DNA of 64,000 nucleotides from an uncultured virus (IMG/VR IMGVR_UViG_3300013006_001224) (IMGVR_UViG_3300013006_001224), one strand, 5' to 3'; positions 38,023 to 48,272 are shown, counted from the first letter of the stretch. The notes: generated from the sequence alone by a model not told the origin. Program-made: numbers and translations.

Positions 38023-38759
38023 AAGCCAAACCTCCCTTTTGTTGCGTTGTAGTTTTGGAGTACTTCTTGGGCTGAGAGTACTCTATCATAAACTCTCACT
38101 GGGCCTATGCTGCCCGAAAAAAAGTAAAAAACATCATTATTATCTCTTCCGATATTTAATCGATCTGTAGGATATTGTGAAGTTCCTGTCCATGGGTTAG
38201 CATCTGTTGTTTGGCCTCTTAATCTCCCATCTACATACAAGTAGGTGGTATTACCACTGGTCTGCGAAACAACATGGTGCCATTTATTGTCATAGTAATT
38301 TTCTCCAGATGTTTGTGCTGATATTGATGATGATAAGCTATTATTATAGCTAGTGAGAATATTACCAGTTGTAGTTATACGACATCTAATGTGATATGTG
38401 AACCCAAATATGCCAGCTCCCGAACGTTGCCCTGATCCAGTACTAGGAGTCTTAAACCATGTTTCTAGTGTAAGTTGCGGCTTTGGCCAGAAGCCTATTG
38501 CTTCTGGGTTACTAGCTACTAGTATAGCACTTCCAGTACCACTAAATAAGAAACTTCCGCCACCTTCTGTTGTATATTGTGGTGGTAGTGAGAATGAACT
38601 ATTTTGGTTTTGTAAGATAGAAGATGTTATGTTGGTATAACCGGGGTTTAAGTTTCTAACTGTAGTGCTTCCTGATGTATATGATTTAGTGTTAGCAGCA
38701 TCAAAGTACATTATCAATCCATTAGTAACTATTGGAGGTGTATTTTTGTATATAGCCAT
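38019..38759 (-). CDS. LamG/ConA-like lectin-domain virion protein
   Basis: IVTNGL, DNKWHHV, LYVDG, YDRVLS.QEV.QNYNA; start moved to MAIYK. Confidence 0.85.
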   Translation of the reverse strand: MAIYKNTPPIVTNGLIMYFDAANTKSYTSGSTTVRNLNPGYTNITSSILQNQNSSFSLPPQYTTEGGGSFLFSGTGSAILVASNPEAIGFWPKPQLTLETWFKTPSTGSGQRSGAGIFGFTYHIRCRITTTGNILTSYNNSLSSSISAQTSGENYYDNKWHHVVSQTSGNTTYLYVDGRLRGQTTDANPWTGTSQYPTDRLNIGRDNNDVFYFFSGSIGPVRVYDRVLSAQEVLQNYNATKGRFGL

Positions 38760-38761
38760 AA

Positions 38762-41700
38762 TTAAGCGAAACTTGCACTCATATAACGAGTTCCATTGTA
38801 TATAAATAATAATGATCCACTCCAATATGCACTTCCTGTTTGAGGAGCAACGGATTGAGATAATGGTAGTATAAAGCTACCACTCACTCTCATGGTACCG
38901 TAAATGTTTACTTGCGTACCAGTCTTCTCAAATACTTTATTTGGGAAGTCATACATATTAACATCCCAGTTACTTGTAGCCTCTATAATTGGAATACCAG
39001 ATACATCATTTACCATGTAAATGCTTCCTGATGTAACATCTGTTACTGTCAATTGGCTACCGGCACTTGTTGATCCAAAGTCGGCTATTATATTTGTTCC
39101 GGCCGTTGCAGCTGCAGATGATTGGGAGAACGTTGCTGCTACTCGGAATGCTGTTTCGGTTTGGGATGCTGTTGTTTGATAGAATGTCGGTGCAATGTTT
39201 ACACCATAATATTGGCCGCCGATAGTATTACTAGCAGATATAATAGGTGATATGATGAATGCGGATTGGGATGTTGCAAGTGTTATGGTAGGTGAAGTAA
39301 ATGCTACTTGACCATTGTCTAAAACAGATAATAGGTTAGTTGGTGTACTGTTTTGTACTAAAAGTGTTGTTGTAGCTGATGTTGCACCTGATCCTCTAAC
39401 AGCTAAACGGCCTGAGTCTGTGGTTGATCCAATTGAGACATTTCCTGTAGACCCGAATACCACTAGTCTTGTATTCTCATTCGAACCATTAGCATCAGCA
39501 GTTAGTAGCGTAAACCCACTATTTACAACTCCCAATATACCAGCTCGTAGTGTAACTTTACCACCGGAAGTGTTTATTACTGACATTTCAGAAGTAGTAG
39601 AGCCTAGTTCTCCAGACACTGAGAATCTGTCTTGTGGTATAGTTGTTCCAATACCGACATTACCACTACCACTTACAAATAAACTACCTGATACTGTAGG
39701 CGAATCTACTCTCAATAAAGCGGCAGATGATGAACCTGATATGGATAAGCTACCGGTTATAGTTTGCGGCCCGGTGTTAGTTAATACTTCATGCCATCCT
39801 GGTTGAGAGCCACTGTTATAATAATATAATCCATCATTAGATCCAGTAACGTATGTTATTAGACCTTGAGCAGGTGATGAGATTAATGAGGTTGCACTTG
39901 TGCGTGGTGGAAGGAAACCACGAGTTGTTGAAACGATTTCTAATTGAGCAGATGCAACAGCAGGCGAAAATGTACCAACCGCTAAAGACTGACCCATTGC
40001 ACAATTACCCGTAACCGTGAGTGATGAAGCAAATGCTACCGAGCCTGTTACTGTAAGTCCATTTGTAATTCTTGCACTACCACTTACATCTAAAGGAAAA
40101 GCAGGTGTAGTTGTTCCTATACCAACATTACCACTTCCACTAACAAATAATATGCTTGACGAGGCAGGCGAATCTACTCTAAGTAGTATTTGGTTGTTAG
40201 AACCAGTAATATTTAATGAACCACTAAGGGTTGCTATGCCATCTGTTCTTAAAGAAAATCTTTCGACTGCATTTCCACTTGTATCACCACTATTAACAGT
40301 ATCAGCTGATCCTACAAAAAATGATAGTTTTTCAACTGTAGGGTTAGTGTTGTTAGTAACATTTAGCATCTGGGTATAGCCAATTGATGGTGCACTACCT
40401 TGGGCTGAGTTATGAGATGCACCTTTTAGTACATATTTGCTACTACTTACTGGGGTAGATGGAGTAGCAGGTGCAGTTGTTGCTAAAGTGACATTATACT
40501 CATTACTTGAAGATGGTGGTGTAAATGATGCTCCTCCATTTATACCAAATTTTCCTAAAGAGGTTACGTACATTCTCTCTGTTGGAGTAGCATTATCCGA
40601 ACCTACCAAGAATGCTAATTTAGAAATTGGTGGATTTATATTGGACGTATCCGATAGTATCTGCATACCACCAGCCATTGTTCTTGCTCCAAATGCACTA
40701 TTCCAAATACTACCATAAGACATTATTTGGGGGCCAGGTGTAGATAATCCGGTAGGTGCAGGGGCTGATGAAGATGCATGTATATTTCCATCTTTAGTTC
40801 TAAAGCTACCACTGACATCTAATCTAAAACCTGCGTCTGTATATGTTCCTCCATTTTGAAGTGAGAAGTTACCTGTTGTATTAAAAAATCTACCAACTAC
40901 ATTACCTGTTGAATCATTTAGTTGAAAATTTATATTTGTAGTTGTCCCTGTGCTTGAAATTGATAAGTCAGCAATAGAAGTTCCGCTAAATCTGGAAGAG
41001 AAAATTCTTCCAAAAGCATTACCATTTGTGCCGATATTAAAACCTGTATTTATTGTAGGTATTATGCTTCCTGCAATTCTTAATCCAATACTAGATACTC
41101 CAGTAAATGCACCGGTATTAAATGAAGGGTTAATATCTAATCCAACTAACACATCATTGTTCGCAGAAGCACTTAATGAAGAGCTAATTAACATTGTTCT
41201 GGCTATAGAACCTGTTGCTATAGTTGTACCACCTACAAACAAAGAACCAGAATCAGAACCAGTTGCGTTAACTTGTAGACGATATCCGTTGTCTGTGAAT
41301 GTACCTCCGTTTTGTATAACTACGTTACGAGTAGAATTGAACATTGTCAATCCAGTATTCCCAGTAAAATTAGTTTGCAAAAGCAAATTACCATTACCAC
41401 TTGAAAGATTAATATTGGTTTGACCATAAATTGTTCCAACACTCAAAGATGCAGCAAATGAAGCATTACCAGCTGAATCTATATAAAATGCGTTGTCTGT
41501 ATTTGCTGCGTTTCTAATACGTAAAGGAACACGCGTAACTCCAGTAAATGATCCAGTTGTATATGTTGGATTAATATCTATTCCATATAACGTATCATTA
41601 TCTGCAGTTGCTACAAGTGTCTGATTGAAAAATGTTCCTTGAACAAATCCACTAGATGCGTTTACTGCTCCTGCTATTCTTGTTTGGCCAATTACTCTTG

Positions 41701-43387
41701 CACTACCACTTACATCTAATCTGAATCCTGCATCTGTAAATGTTCCGCCGTTTTGAAGTGTTAGGTTTCCAGTAGTTGCAAAAAATTGAGCGACCTGTGT
41801 GCTTCCAATAAAAAAGTTTAGAGGAGAACCTTGAAATCTTAATGCAGGAATATTTGGTGATGTTCCTCCTACTACAACTGTTCCTGTTCCTGCTGGGGAA
41901 AATAAAGGTAATATATTTCCTGTTGTACCTAATCCGAAAATACCATCATTAATTTTAGCGGATCCACTTACATCTAATTTATAAGCAGGTGCAATTGTTC
42001 CAATCCCAACATTACCACTACTACTTACAAATAAGAAATTACTACCTACCTGCAATTGAGTATTAGCAGAACTACTAATAATTGCAGATCCTGTTACTTC
42101 TAGGTTTTTAGGAATTCTAACTCCTGCCCATGCTCCCGATGCACCTAAGATCATTGTAGTGCTGGAGTTATTTAGAGCAGTGTTACCTCCTAAACTTAGA
42201 AAAGATACATTTGCTTCCCCAGTTATAGTTGTTGAGCCTGTTACTGTTAAATTGTTAGTAAATCTTCCACTACCACTTACATCCAACCCAAACCCTGCGT
42301 CTGTTGTTGTGTTGATTAAGACATTACCCCTTAGCGCTGTAAGTGTAATACTGCTATTACCCAAAACAACGCTATTTGAACCCAAGCCAATAGCATCGTA
42401 ACCTATTACAATTTGATTTGTTTGAGAATTTGCAAGTGCTTTAGTATTAGCACCTAAAAAGACACTATTATTTGATGCTGTTAACGCAGTTGTTCCATCG
42501 GTAATAAACCTTCCCGCTTGATAGCCTAATCCTACATTGCTACTTCCCCCTATATTACTTTGAATAGCGCGAACACCAACGGCTGTATTTGATGTACCCG
42601 TTGTGTTGGAAAACATTGTAAATCTTCCTATTGCTGTATTTTCACTACCCACAGTATTAGAAGATAATGCGTCTGCTCCAAGAGCCGTATTTGTTATAAT
42701 ATTGCCACTACCACGACCTACTCTTACACTATTGATTGTTGCATCTGAGCCACTAGCAATTATAGAGCCACTTACAGTTAAACTACCAGTAGGTATAATT
42801 ACACTACCATACAAAGTCTGGGTGTCGTTAGCAGCGTCACCTAATTGATTTGAACCGGATGAATAGATAATAGATGCGGACTCATACTGAACATTTAAGT
42901 ATGCTATCGACGCCGTACCATTTAAAGTCAAATTACCGTTAAACGTTAAGTTTTGATTTAAGGTATTAAGGTATGATGCTGTAGCGGCATGACTCGCACT
43001 TAGTGCTGTTAATGAACTAGTTTGGTTTACGGTAACTATATCATATCCATTAACAGTTAATGTCCCAGAAATAGCTGTACTACCAGAAAATACTGCAGGG
43101 CCTATATTCGTAAATGTACTAGAACCTGATACTGTAAATGAACCTGTTACTTGTATACTGGAAGTAGTAGCAAAGACACCTCCACCTAAGTTAGAGAATA
43201 CAGAATCACCTGGTACTCCTTGAACTCCTGGAATTCCTTGAGGCCCAAGACTTGCTACATTAATAACAGTGGTATACGGATTAGTTACATTGGTAGTACT
43301 TCCGACATTGTTATTAGTTACAGTTACTGTATAATTAGTTGGCTGTATGACAACAGTATTATTAGATGTATTAATATTTGTAGGCAT
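38762..43387 (-). CDS. Long fibre-like protein (1541 aa) with repeated modules
   Basis: Short collagen-like GPQGIPGVQGVPG, NTAxG repeats, recurrent GNVGIGT...LDVSGS and QNGGTFTD.G.RL modules. Confidence 0.8.
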   Translation of the reverse strand: MPTNINTSNNTVVIQPTNYTVTVTNNNVGSTTNVTNPYTTVINVASLGPQGIPGVQGVPGDSVFSNLGGGVFATTSSIQVTGSFTVSGSSTFTNIGPAVFSGSTAISGTLTVNGYDIVTVNQTSSLTALSASHAATASYLNTLNQNLTFNGNLTLNGTASIAYLNVQYESASIIYSSGSNQLGDAANDTQTLYGSVIIPTGSLTVSGSIIASGSDATINSVRVGRGSGNIITNTALGADALSSNTVGSENTAIGRFTMFSNTTGTSNTAVGVRAIQSNIGGSSNVGLGYQAGRFITDGTTALTASNNSVFLGANTKALANSQTNQIVIGYDAIGLGSNSVVLGNSSITLTALRGNVLINTTTDAGFGLDVSGSGRFTNNLTVTGSTTITGEANVSFLSLGGNTALNNSSTTMILGASGAWAGVRIPKNLEVTGSAIISSSANTQLQVGSNFLFVSSSGNVGIGTIAPAYKLDVSGSAKINDGIFGLGTTGNILPLFSPAGTGTVVVGGTSPNIPALRFQGSPLNFFIGSTQVAQFFATTGNLTLQNGGTFTDAGFRLDVSGSARVIGQTRIAGAVNASSGFVQGTFFNQTLVATADNDTLYGIDINPTYTTGSFTGVTRVPLRIRNAANTDNAFYIDSAGNASFAASLSVGTIYGQTNINLSSGNGNLLLQTNFTGNTGLTMFNSTRNVVIQNGGTFTDNGYRLQVNATGSDSGSLFVGGTTIATGSIARTMLISSSLSASANNDVLVGLDINPSFNTGAFTGVSSIGLRIAGSIIPTINTGFNIGTNGNAFGRIFSSRFSGTSIADLSISSTGTTTNINFQLNDSTGNVVGRFFNTTGNFSLQNGGTYTDAGFRLDVSGSFRTKDGNIHASSSAPAPTGLSTPGPQIMSYGSIWNSAFGARTMAGGMQILSDTSNINPPISKLAFLVGSDNATPTERMYVTSLGKFGINGGASFTPPSSSNEYNVTLATTAPATPSTPVSSSKYVLKGASHNSAQGSAPSIGYTQMLNVTNNTNPTVEKLSFFVGSADTVNSGDTSGNAVERFSLRTDGIATLSGSLNITGSNNQILLRVDSPASSSILFVSGSGNVGIGTTTPAFPLDVSGSARITNGLTVTGSVAFASSLTVTGNCAMGQSLAVGTFSPAVASAQLEIVSTTRGFLPPRTSATSLISSPAQGLITYVTGSNDGLYYYNSGSQPGWHEVLTNTGPQTITGSLSISGSSSAALLRVDSPTVSGSLFVSGSGNVGIGTTIPQDRFSVSGELGSTTSEMSVINTSGGKVTLRAGILGVVNSGFTLLTADANGSNENTRLVVFGSTGNVSIGSTTDSGRLAVRGSGATSATTTLLVQNSTPTNLLSVLDNGQVAFTSPTITLATSQSAFIISPIISASNTIGGQYYGVNIAPTFYQTTASQTETAFRVAATFSQSSAAATAGTNIIADFGSTSAGSQLTVTDVTSGSIYMVNDVSGIPIIEATSNWDVNMYDFPNKVFEKTGTQVNIYGTMRVSGSFILPLSQSVAPQTGSAYWSGSLLFIYNGTRYMSASFA

Positions 43388-43773
43388 TATCGAGTCACTT
43401 CTTTACGTAGTTTAACTTGGCCTTCTAATATTCTATTAACTGTAGCGCCGGTACGTAATTCTAAATCGTAAATGGCATCCGTAAACGTAAATGCTGATGA
43501 CGATGTAGCCGAAATGTAAATTCCTATAGAACCTGAAGCCAATGGCGTAGTACCATTACTACCACTTAAATTTAATCCGGTACTATCTGGAGCTAATGAA
43601 CTTGACAATGTAATGTATGTTGTTGGACTATTATCTGCATATCCAGATTTAATTTGCATCTTTGCTGAATAGCCGGAAAGATTTACAGGCGTTCCTGTTG
43701 AGTCTTTATACTGTACTTCTAAGTTTAAAGTACTTCCCTGATCAATTGTAAATGAATATTTTCCTGCTGCCAT
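43387..43773 (-). CDS. Fibre-associated structural protein
   Basis: IDQG, P.NL.GY.A.MQI, YDLE...RILEG.V....EVTR. Confidence 0.7.
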   Translation of the reverse strand: MAAGKYSFTIDQGSTLNLEVQYKDSTGTPVNLSGYSAKMQIKSGYADNSPTTYITLSSSLAPDSTGLNLSGSNGTTPLASGSIGIYISATSSSAFTFTDAIYDLELRTGATVNRILEGQVKLRKEVTR

Positions 43774-43898
43774 TGTTTTACGTTTTTATAAATAAATATG
43801 TATGTAACTATGTTAAGATTCTAATATTTTTATATAGCAATCACTTCGTTTATTGCTACCTACAAGTGTTACATGATATCTAATTCAATACCGTACAC

Positions 43899-44576
43899 TT
43901 AGTCTCTATATTCACTGTATACATTGAGTATAGGTTCAACAATTTCATGGCGATGATTGGTCTTAAGAATATGAATTTTTACACCTTTTACATTTTCTTC
44001 CAATCGTGTAAAAAAGCTAATACCAGAATCTTTCCTATTCTTTAAATCGGTTTGACTCATATCACCACAAAATACCATTTTACCACCACGGCCTAAACGA
44101 CCCAACATCATTTCAGTTTGACTATGTGTAATATTTTGACATTCGTCTACAATAACATAGGTATTAGGAAATGTTCTACCTCGCATGAATGCAAACGGAA
44201 CAATTTCAATTTCCCCATTTGCTACCATCTTATCTACTTTCTCTCTGTTATATAAAAGATATAGATTGGAATATACAGGAGCTAACCATGGATCCATTTT
44301 TTCTTTTAGATCGCCTGGTAGGAATCCAATATCTTCTTTGGCTACCGTAGGTCTTGTAATTACAATCTTTTCTATTTCACGTTTAAAGAACATGTCTAAG
44401 GCACATTGGCAAGCTGCTAATGTTTTACCGGAACCGGCTTGCCCTTTCAACAATACTACTGGATTATCGTAAATCAATGACTTCGCTAACTTTTGCTCTT
44501 CATTTAATTCAATAGCAAATTTAATAGGATTCTTTGGCTTACGCTTTTCATAGTTTGACAATTTAACTGGATCCAT
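43899..44576 (-). CDS. phoH: PhoH-family ATPase
   Basis: GQAGSGKT, ITRP, GFLPGD..EK, MRGRT, DECQN, RLG, GD..Q.D. Confidence 0.96.
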   Translation of the reverse strand: MDPVKLSNYEKRKPKNPIKFAIELNEEQKLAKSLIYDNPVVLLKGQAGSGKTLAACQCALDMFFKREIEKIVITRPTVAKEDIGFLPGDLKEKMDPWLAPVYSNLYLLYNREKVDKMVANGEIEIVPFAFMRGRTFPNTYVIVDECQNITHSQTEMMLGRLGRGGKMVFCGDMSQTDLKNRKDSGISFFTRLEENVKGVKIHILKTNHRHEIVEPILNVYSEYRD

Positions 44577-44613
44577 AACCTTTCTCCTTTTGTATAAATA
44601 TCCGTTGAAAAGT

Positions 44614-44636
44614 AAAAAGGCGACCGAAGCCGCCTC
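44614..44636 (-). terminator. Terminator after the major capsid gene, with a cUUCGg loop
   Basis: AGGCGGC-TTCG-GTCGCCT-TTTT on the minus strand. Confidence 0.9.
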
Positions 44637-44673
44637 TTTACATAATAAACAATTATTAATTATTAATTAACAA

Positions 44674-46449
44674 TTATAGGGTATTCAAACCACCTACATA
44701 GATCTTACCATAGAATTCTGGACGAACCATTTTCTTAGCATAACGTGTCATCACACCTTTTCTTGGTGTAAAGTTCGTTGGATCATAAACAAGTGGTGTC
44801 ATCATCAACGGGATATATGGAGCATATACCGCACCAGTCTCAAGGAACTGACTTCCACGGTATCCCAATAGGATAGCGTTCTCAGTCATATATGGGTTTT
44901 TATAAACTTGGAAACGATTGTTGATCGCACCAACTTTTTGTACACCCATAGCAAAGTTCATTTTGTTACCGTCAGTATCAGCAGCATATCCTGGGATAGA
45001 CTCTAAAATAGTTGCTACGGTTGGAGAACATACTAAGAAGTTCGCTCCACCACGCATTGTCAACTGATGAATTTTGTTTGAAATCTTTTGGATTTTAGTT
45101 CCTAAAGTTTGGAACCAAGTTCCTTGGTTGTATGCCAATGCAGAAGCACTAGTACTATCTAAAGCAAATGTATTAGTTGCACTATCAAAAGTAAAACCAA
45201 CTTTTGCTGACCAATAATCAACTGATTGAGCATTTTGAATCAACATGTCTAAGATTTCTAAATCAATCTCTTGAGAAACATACTCAGACAACATACTAGT
45301 CAATTCAGCTTCAGCGTCAATTGAATGGTAAGCGTTTAAGTCTTGAGCGAATTCAGGAGACCAAATTGCCTTTAACTTACGTGTCTTAGCAACGATTGCT
45401 TCAGAACGAAGTTCCAAGTTAATTTCTGGAATGTCTAATGAACCAGCGCCAACACCACCACCGTTAGCAATTCCCGCTCCAGCAAAACCTTGCGTCGCAG
45501 TTGGATCTTCAAAATCACCACGAGTTGTATCAGTAGGCTGCTTATGGAAAATAACAATTGGGTTTTGGAACGCATTAGCTGGAGTAGCATCAAGTGCAGG
45601 GTCAATCAAGAAATCAACGTGGCCTTTATCTTGAGAAATTTTAGTAAACTCAGGATAGAATCCAGTTAAGTTAGATCCACTTACGTTAAAAGCACGAATA
45701 CCTTTTGAATCAAATCCAGAGATAGATCCTGTCGGTACAGAAAGGATTTGGAATCCTGATAATCCATTAGCTACAACTGAAGCAGAAAATTCTGCGTTAT
45801 AGTTAGTAAAGTAGTCAAACGCTGCTTGGGTCATTGCGCTAATTCCAGAAGTAAACACACCAGTACCTACAGCTATAGAACCAGTACGATAACCGGTTAC
45901 AGCAGCAGTAGTGCTTAAAGCAGCAACAGATGATGAATAATCATTTGTAGAATATCCAAAACGACCTGCACCATAAAGACCTTCTGTTGCAGCGCCGGTA
46001 GTACCACGATCTGTATCAGTTACACCGAATACAGAATCCATTTGTGAAGCACGACCTTGACCAGTCAAGAAGTCATTACCGAAAGCTGGGGTTCCAGTTG
46101 ATCCTTGCTTGGTTCCATATTTGAAATCCAAGAAGAATACAAGACCTGATGGTAAATTCATTGGCTGTACACTAACGAAATCTTTTGCTGCAATTTCAGC
46201 AAAAATACGACGTACAAGCGGTAAAGCTACACCTGCCCACTGCTCTGCATTAGAGTCAGTACCAGTTTGGTTAGCTTCAGTTACAAGTTGCTTAGCTTGG
46301 TTCTCTAAAAGAACAGCCATGCCCTTACGTTCAACCTCATTTGCTAAACCTTCTAAAAGACCGGTTCTTTCCCACTTCTTTTCAAGTGCGATAGATACAG
46401 CGTTTTGATTGGCATTTGCATTATGAGGCAATAAAGAATTTAAATTCAT
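44674..46449 (-). CDS. Major capsid protein (gp23-like)
   Basis: LLENQ, PLVRR, VQPM..P.GL.F, AKTRKLKA.W..E.AQDL.AYH, YAPYIPL, F.P..G.MTRY. Confidence 0.97.
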   Translation of the reverse strand: MNLNSLLPHNANANQNAVSIALEKKWERTGLLEGLANEVERKGMAVLLENQAKQLVTEANQTGTDSNAEQWAGVALPLVRRIFAEIAAKDFVSVQPMNLPSGLVFFLDFKYGTKQGSTGTPAFGNDFLTGQGRASQMDSVFGVTDTDRGTTGAATEGLYGAGRFGYSTNDYSSSVAALSTTAAVTGYRTGSIAVGTGVFTSGISAMTQAAFDYFTNYNAEFSASVVANGLSGFQILSVPTGSISGFDSKGIRAFNVSGSNLTGFYPEFTKISQDKGHVDFLIDPALDATPANAFQNPIVIFHKQPTDTTRGDFEDPTATQGFAGAGIANGGGVGAGSLDIPEINLELRSEAIVAKTRKLKAIWSPEFAQDLNAYHSIDAEAELTSMLSEYVSQEIDLEILDMLIQNAQSVDYWSAKVGFTFDSATNTFALDSTSASALAYNQGTWFQTLGTKIQKISNKIHQLTMRGGANFLVCSPTVATILESIPGYAADTDGNKMNFAMGVQKVGAINNRFQVYKNPYMTENAILLGYRGSQFLETGAVYAPYIPLMMTPLVYDPTNFTPRKGVMTRYAKKMVRPEFYGKIYVGGLNTL

Positions 46450-46468
46450 TTTTTTTCCTCTTTGTTAA

Positions 46469-47386
46469 TTAAAGATTAGCTAATTTTTTCCAACGAGCCG
46501 CTAATGCAGTGCTTTCAGAAAGAATTTCTTTCTTTGGAGCAGTGCTACGTACTGGTTTAGAAGCATAGCTTTCTTTGATGTTTTGTTTTTTGTTGTTTTT
46601 AGAAACTGTCAATGATTCGCAGATTGTGCTAAATACTAACTTCACTTCACGCAAGTTTGATGCGCGGTCAAAGTTTTCAATAACTTTCATCTTTTGAGAT
46701 TCATTTAATTCAAAGTTTCTAAACAACTTGTTCGAAAATAATAACTTTGCATTAAGAAGATTAACTTCGTTGATCTTGTTTTTCAAGAATTTGATAACAC
46801 GATAAGCTTCTTCTACTTTCGCAGATTCTTCCTCATCTTCACCTTCACCCTCTTTAACAACATCTTCTTCTTCATCTTCACCTTCAGTTACAGGCTCTTC
46901 TTCAATGTCCTCATCACCTTCAGCTTCGCGTAAAGCTTCGATAATTTCTTCAATTGAAATGCCATCATGGCCTTTTCCAGGATCTTCTGTACTAGTTGAA
47001 TATTTGTCAACTTTGTTATCTCCGGCGCCGATATCGGAAGAATCTAAATCTTCTTCCATTTCTTCGTCATCAGATCCTTCAAGTTCACGAATGATTTCTT
47101 CTAAATCTAGATCATCCTCTTCTTCAAGCTCAGCATCTTGTTGAGTTTCGGCTGGAGCGGTATCATAATACTCTTCAGCACCCTCTTCAGTCATTTCTGG
47201 CTCTGGTGTTTCCATTTCTTCTTCTTCGTACATATCTTCTTCTTCAGCTTCTTCAGCTAAACGAGCAGATAACATAGATTGAAGTCTTGGTGTAAAAGCT
47301 TCTTCTAATGCAATTTTTGCGTTTGCTAATGCAGTTTCGCGTACAGCTTTGGCATCAGCAATTGCTTCTTTTAACAATTTATTCAT
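46469..47386 (-). CDS. Prohead scaffold/core protein
   Basis: Directly upstream of the capsid gene; very acidic middle; EVNLLNAKL. Confidence 0.8.
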   Translation of the reverse strand: MNKLLKEAIADAKAVRETALANAKIALEEAFTPRLQSMLSARLAEEAEEEDMYEEEEMETPEPEMTEEGAEEYYDTAPAETQQDAELEEEDDLDLEEIIRELEGSDDEEMEEDLDSSDIGAGDNKVDKYSTSTEDPGKGHDGISIEEIIEALREAEGDEDIEEEPVTEGEDEEEDVVKEGEGEDEEESAKVEEAYRVIKFLKNKINEVNLLNAKLLFSNKLFRNFELNESQKMKVIENFDRASNLREVKLVFSTICESLTVSKNNKKQNIKESYASKPVRSTAPKKEILSESTALAARWKKLANL

Positions 47387-47510
47387 TGTTTTTCCTCGTA
47401 TTTAATTTGGAAATAAGATTATTGGAATCTTAATAGAAATATAAAATAATTTAGAGTGACTATATATTGAGATATAGTATCAAGACAAATATAAATATGG
47501 TAGATAGTAG

Positions 47511-47536
47511 AAAAGATGCCATTATAGACATCTTTT
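47511..47536. terminator. Hairpin / possible terminator after bS21
   Basis: AAAAGATGTC-TATAAT-GGCATCTTTT on the minus strand. Confidence 0.55.
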
Positions 47537-47563
47537 ACTTAAACTTTTTTTTAAAGCAGTTCT

Positions 47564-47818
47564 TTACGGGTTATTTTCCGTATACTTTTTTTGCAGATAA
47601 GCACTACGTTCTCTATGTGCTGCTTTAAGTTTTGAAGGCTTTGTATATTCCGTACGGTTTTTCAACTCAGTTAATATATCAGAATCCTTAAGCATTTTTT
47701 TCCACTTACGTAAAGCGAATGAAAGATCTGGTTTATTATCAAAAGGCAACTTAGTAACTTTAACTCCTGTCATTGACCCTGGAATAATGCTTTCGAAATG
47801 TTTTTGTTTTTTACTCAT
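47564..47818 (-). CDS. rpsU: Ribosomal protein bS21 homologue
   Basis: VKV...DLSFALRKWKK......IL.ELK.R..Y.KPS......R..AY. Confidence 0.85.
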   Translation of the reverse strand: MSKKQKHFESIIPGSMTGVKVTKLPFDNKPDLSFALRKWKKMLKDSDILTELKNRTEYTKPSKLKAAHRERSAYLQKKYTENNP

Positions 47819-47834
47819 AACTATTTATTTTTGT

Positions 47835-47866
47835 TTAATATATAAACTATTTCTCAACAAATCAAA
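47835..47866 (-). promoter_or_regulatory. Bacteroidota sigma70-type promoter (TTTG-N20-TATATTAA) for bS21
   Basis: Same layout as the replication-gene promoters. Confidence 0.65.
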
Positions 47867-47867
47867 T

Positions 47868-48272
47868 TTATCTTAAAGCTTCATTAACTTTATAATACTT
47901 GCTAAGAACTGAACCCATATCTTCATATGCAGCTTCTAAACGTTGTTGCATACCTGACATCTCTGTGGCGGTCTTTTCAAATACCTTAAAGGCTTCATTC
48001 ATTTGTTTCATATGGCGTGACACTGTAACATTATCAAACCAATGTTCTGATTCTTCAATAGTCAAATTTTCAGCAGTGCCTACAATATTTTTCAACGTAT
48101 CAGCCACTTCTTTTAAGCCTTGTGCACGATAAATCATTTCGCCTAGTTTGTGATACTCTGATACTGCACGCAAAAAATCTTTCTTTTGTTCGGATGAAAC
48201 TTTTTTATCCTCATCTCCGCCAACATTTTCTTTAAGAATGTTTTTCAATAATTGCTGTTCAAACTTTTTCAT
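47868..48272 (-). CDS. Head-region hypothetical protein
   Basis: ILKE tag; WFD..TV.R.MK...QRLE..YEDMG..L.KYY. Confidence 0.8.
   Translation of the reverse strand: MKKFEQQLLKNILKENVGGDEDKKVSSEQKKDFLRAVSEYHKLGEMIYRAQGLKEVADTLKNIVGTAENLTIEESEHWFDNVTVSRHMKQMNEAFKVFEKTATEMSGMQQRLEAAYEDMGSVLSKYYKVNEALR

Noticed and set aside
35478..38759. Repeated LamG 3' ends as a diversity-generating retroelement
   Set aside because: Differences are not adenine-specific, and no reverse transcriptase or non-coding template repeat is in the window
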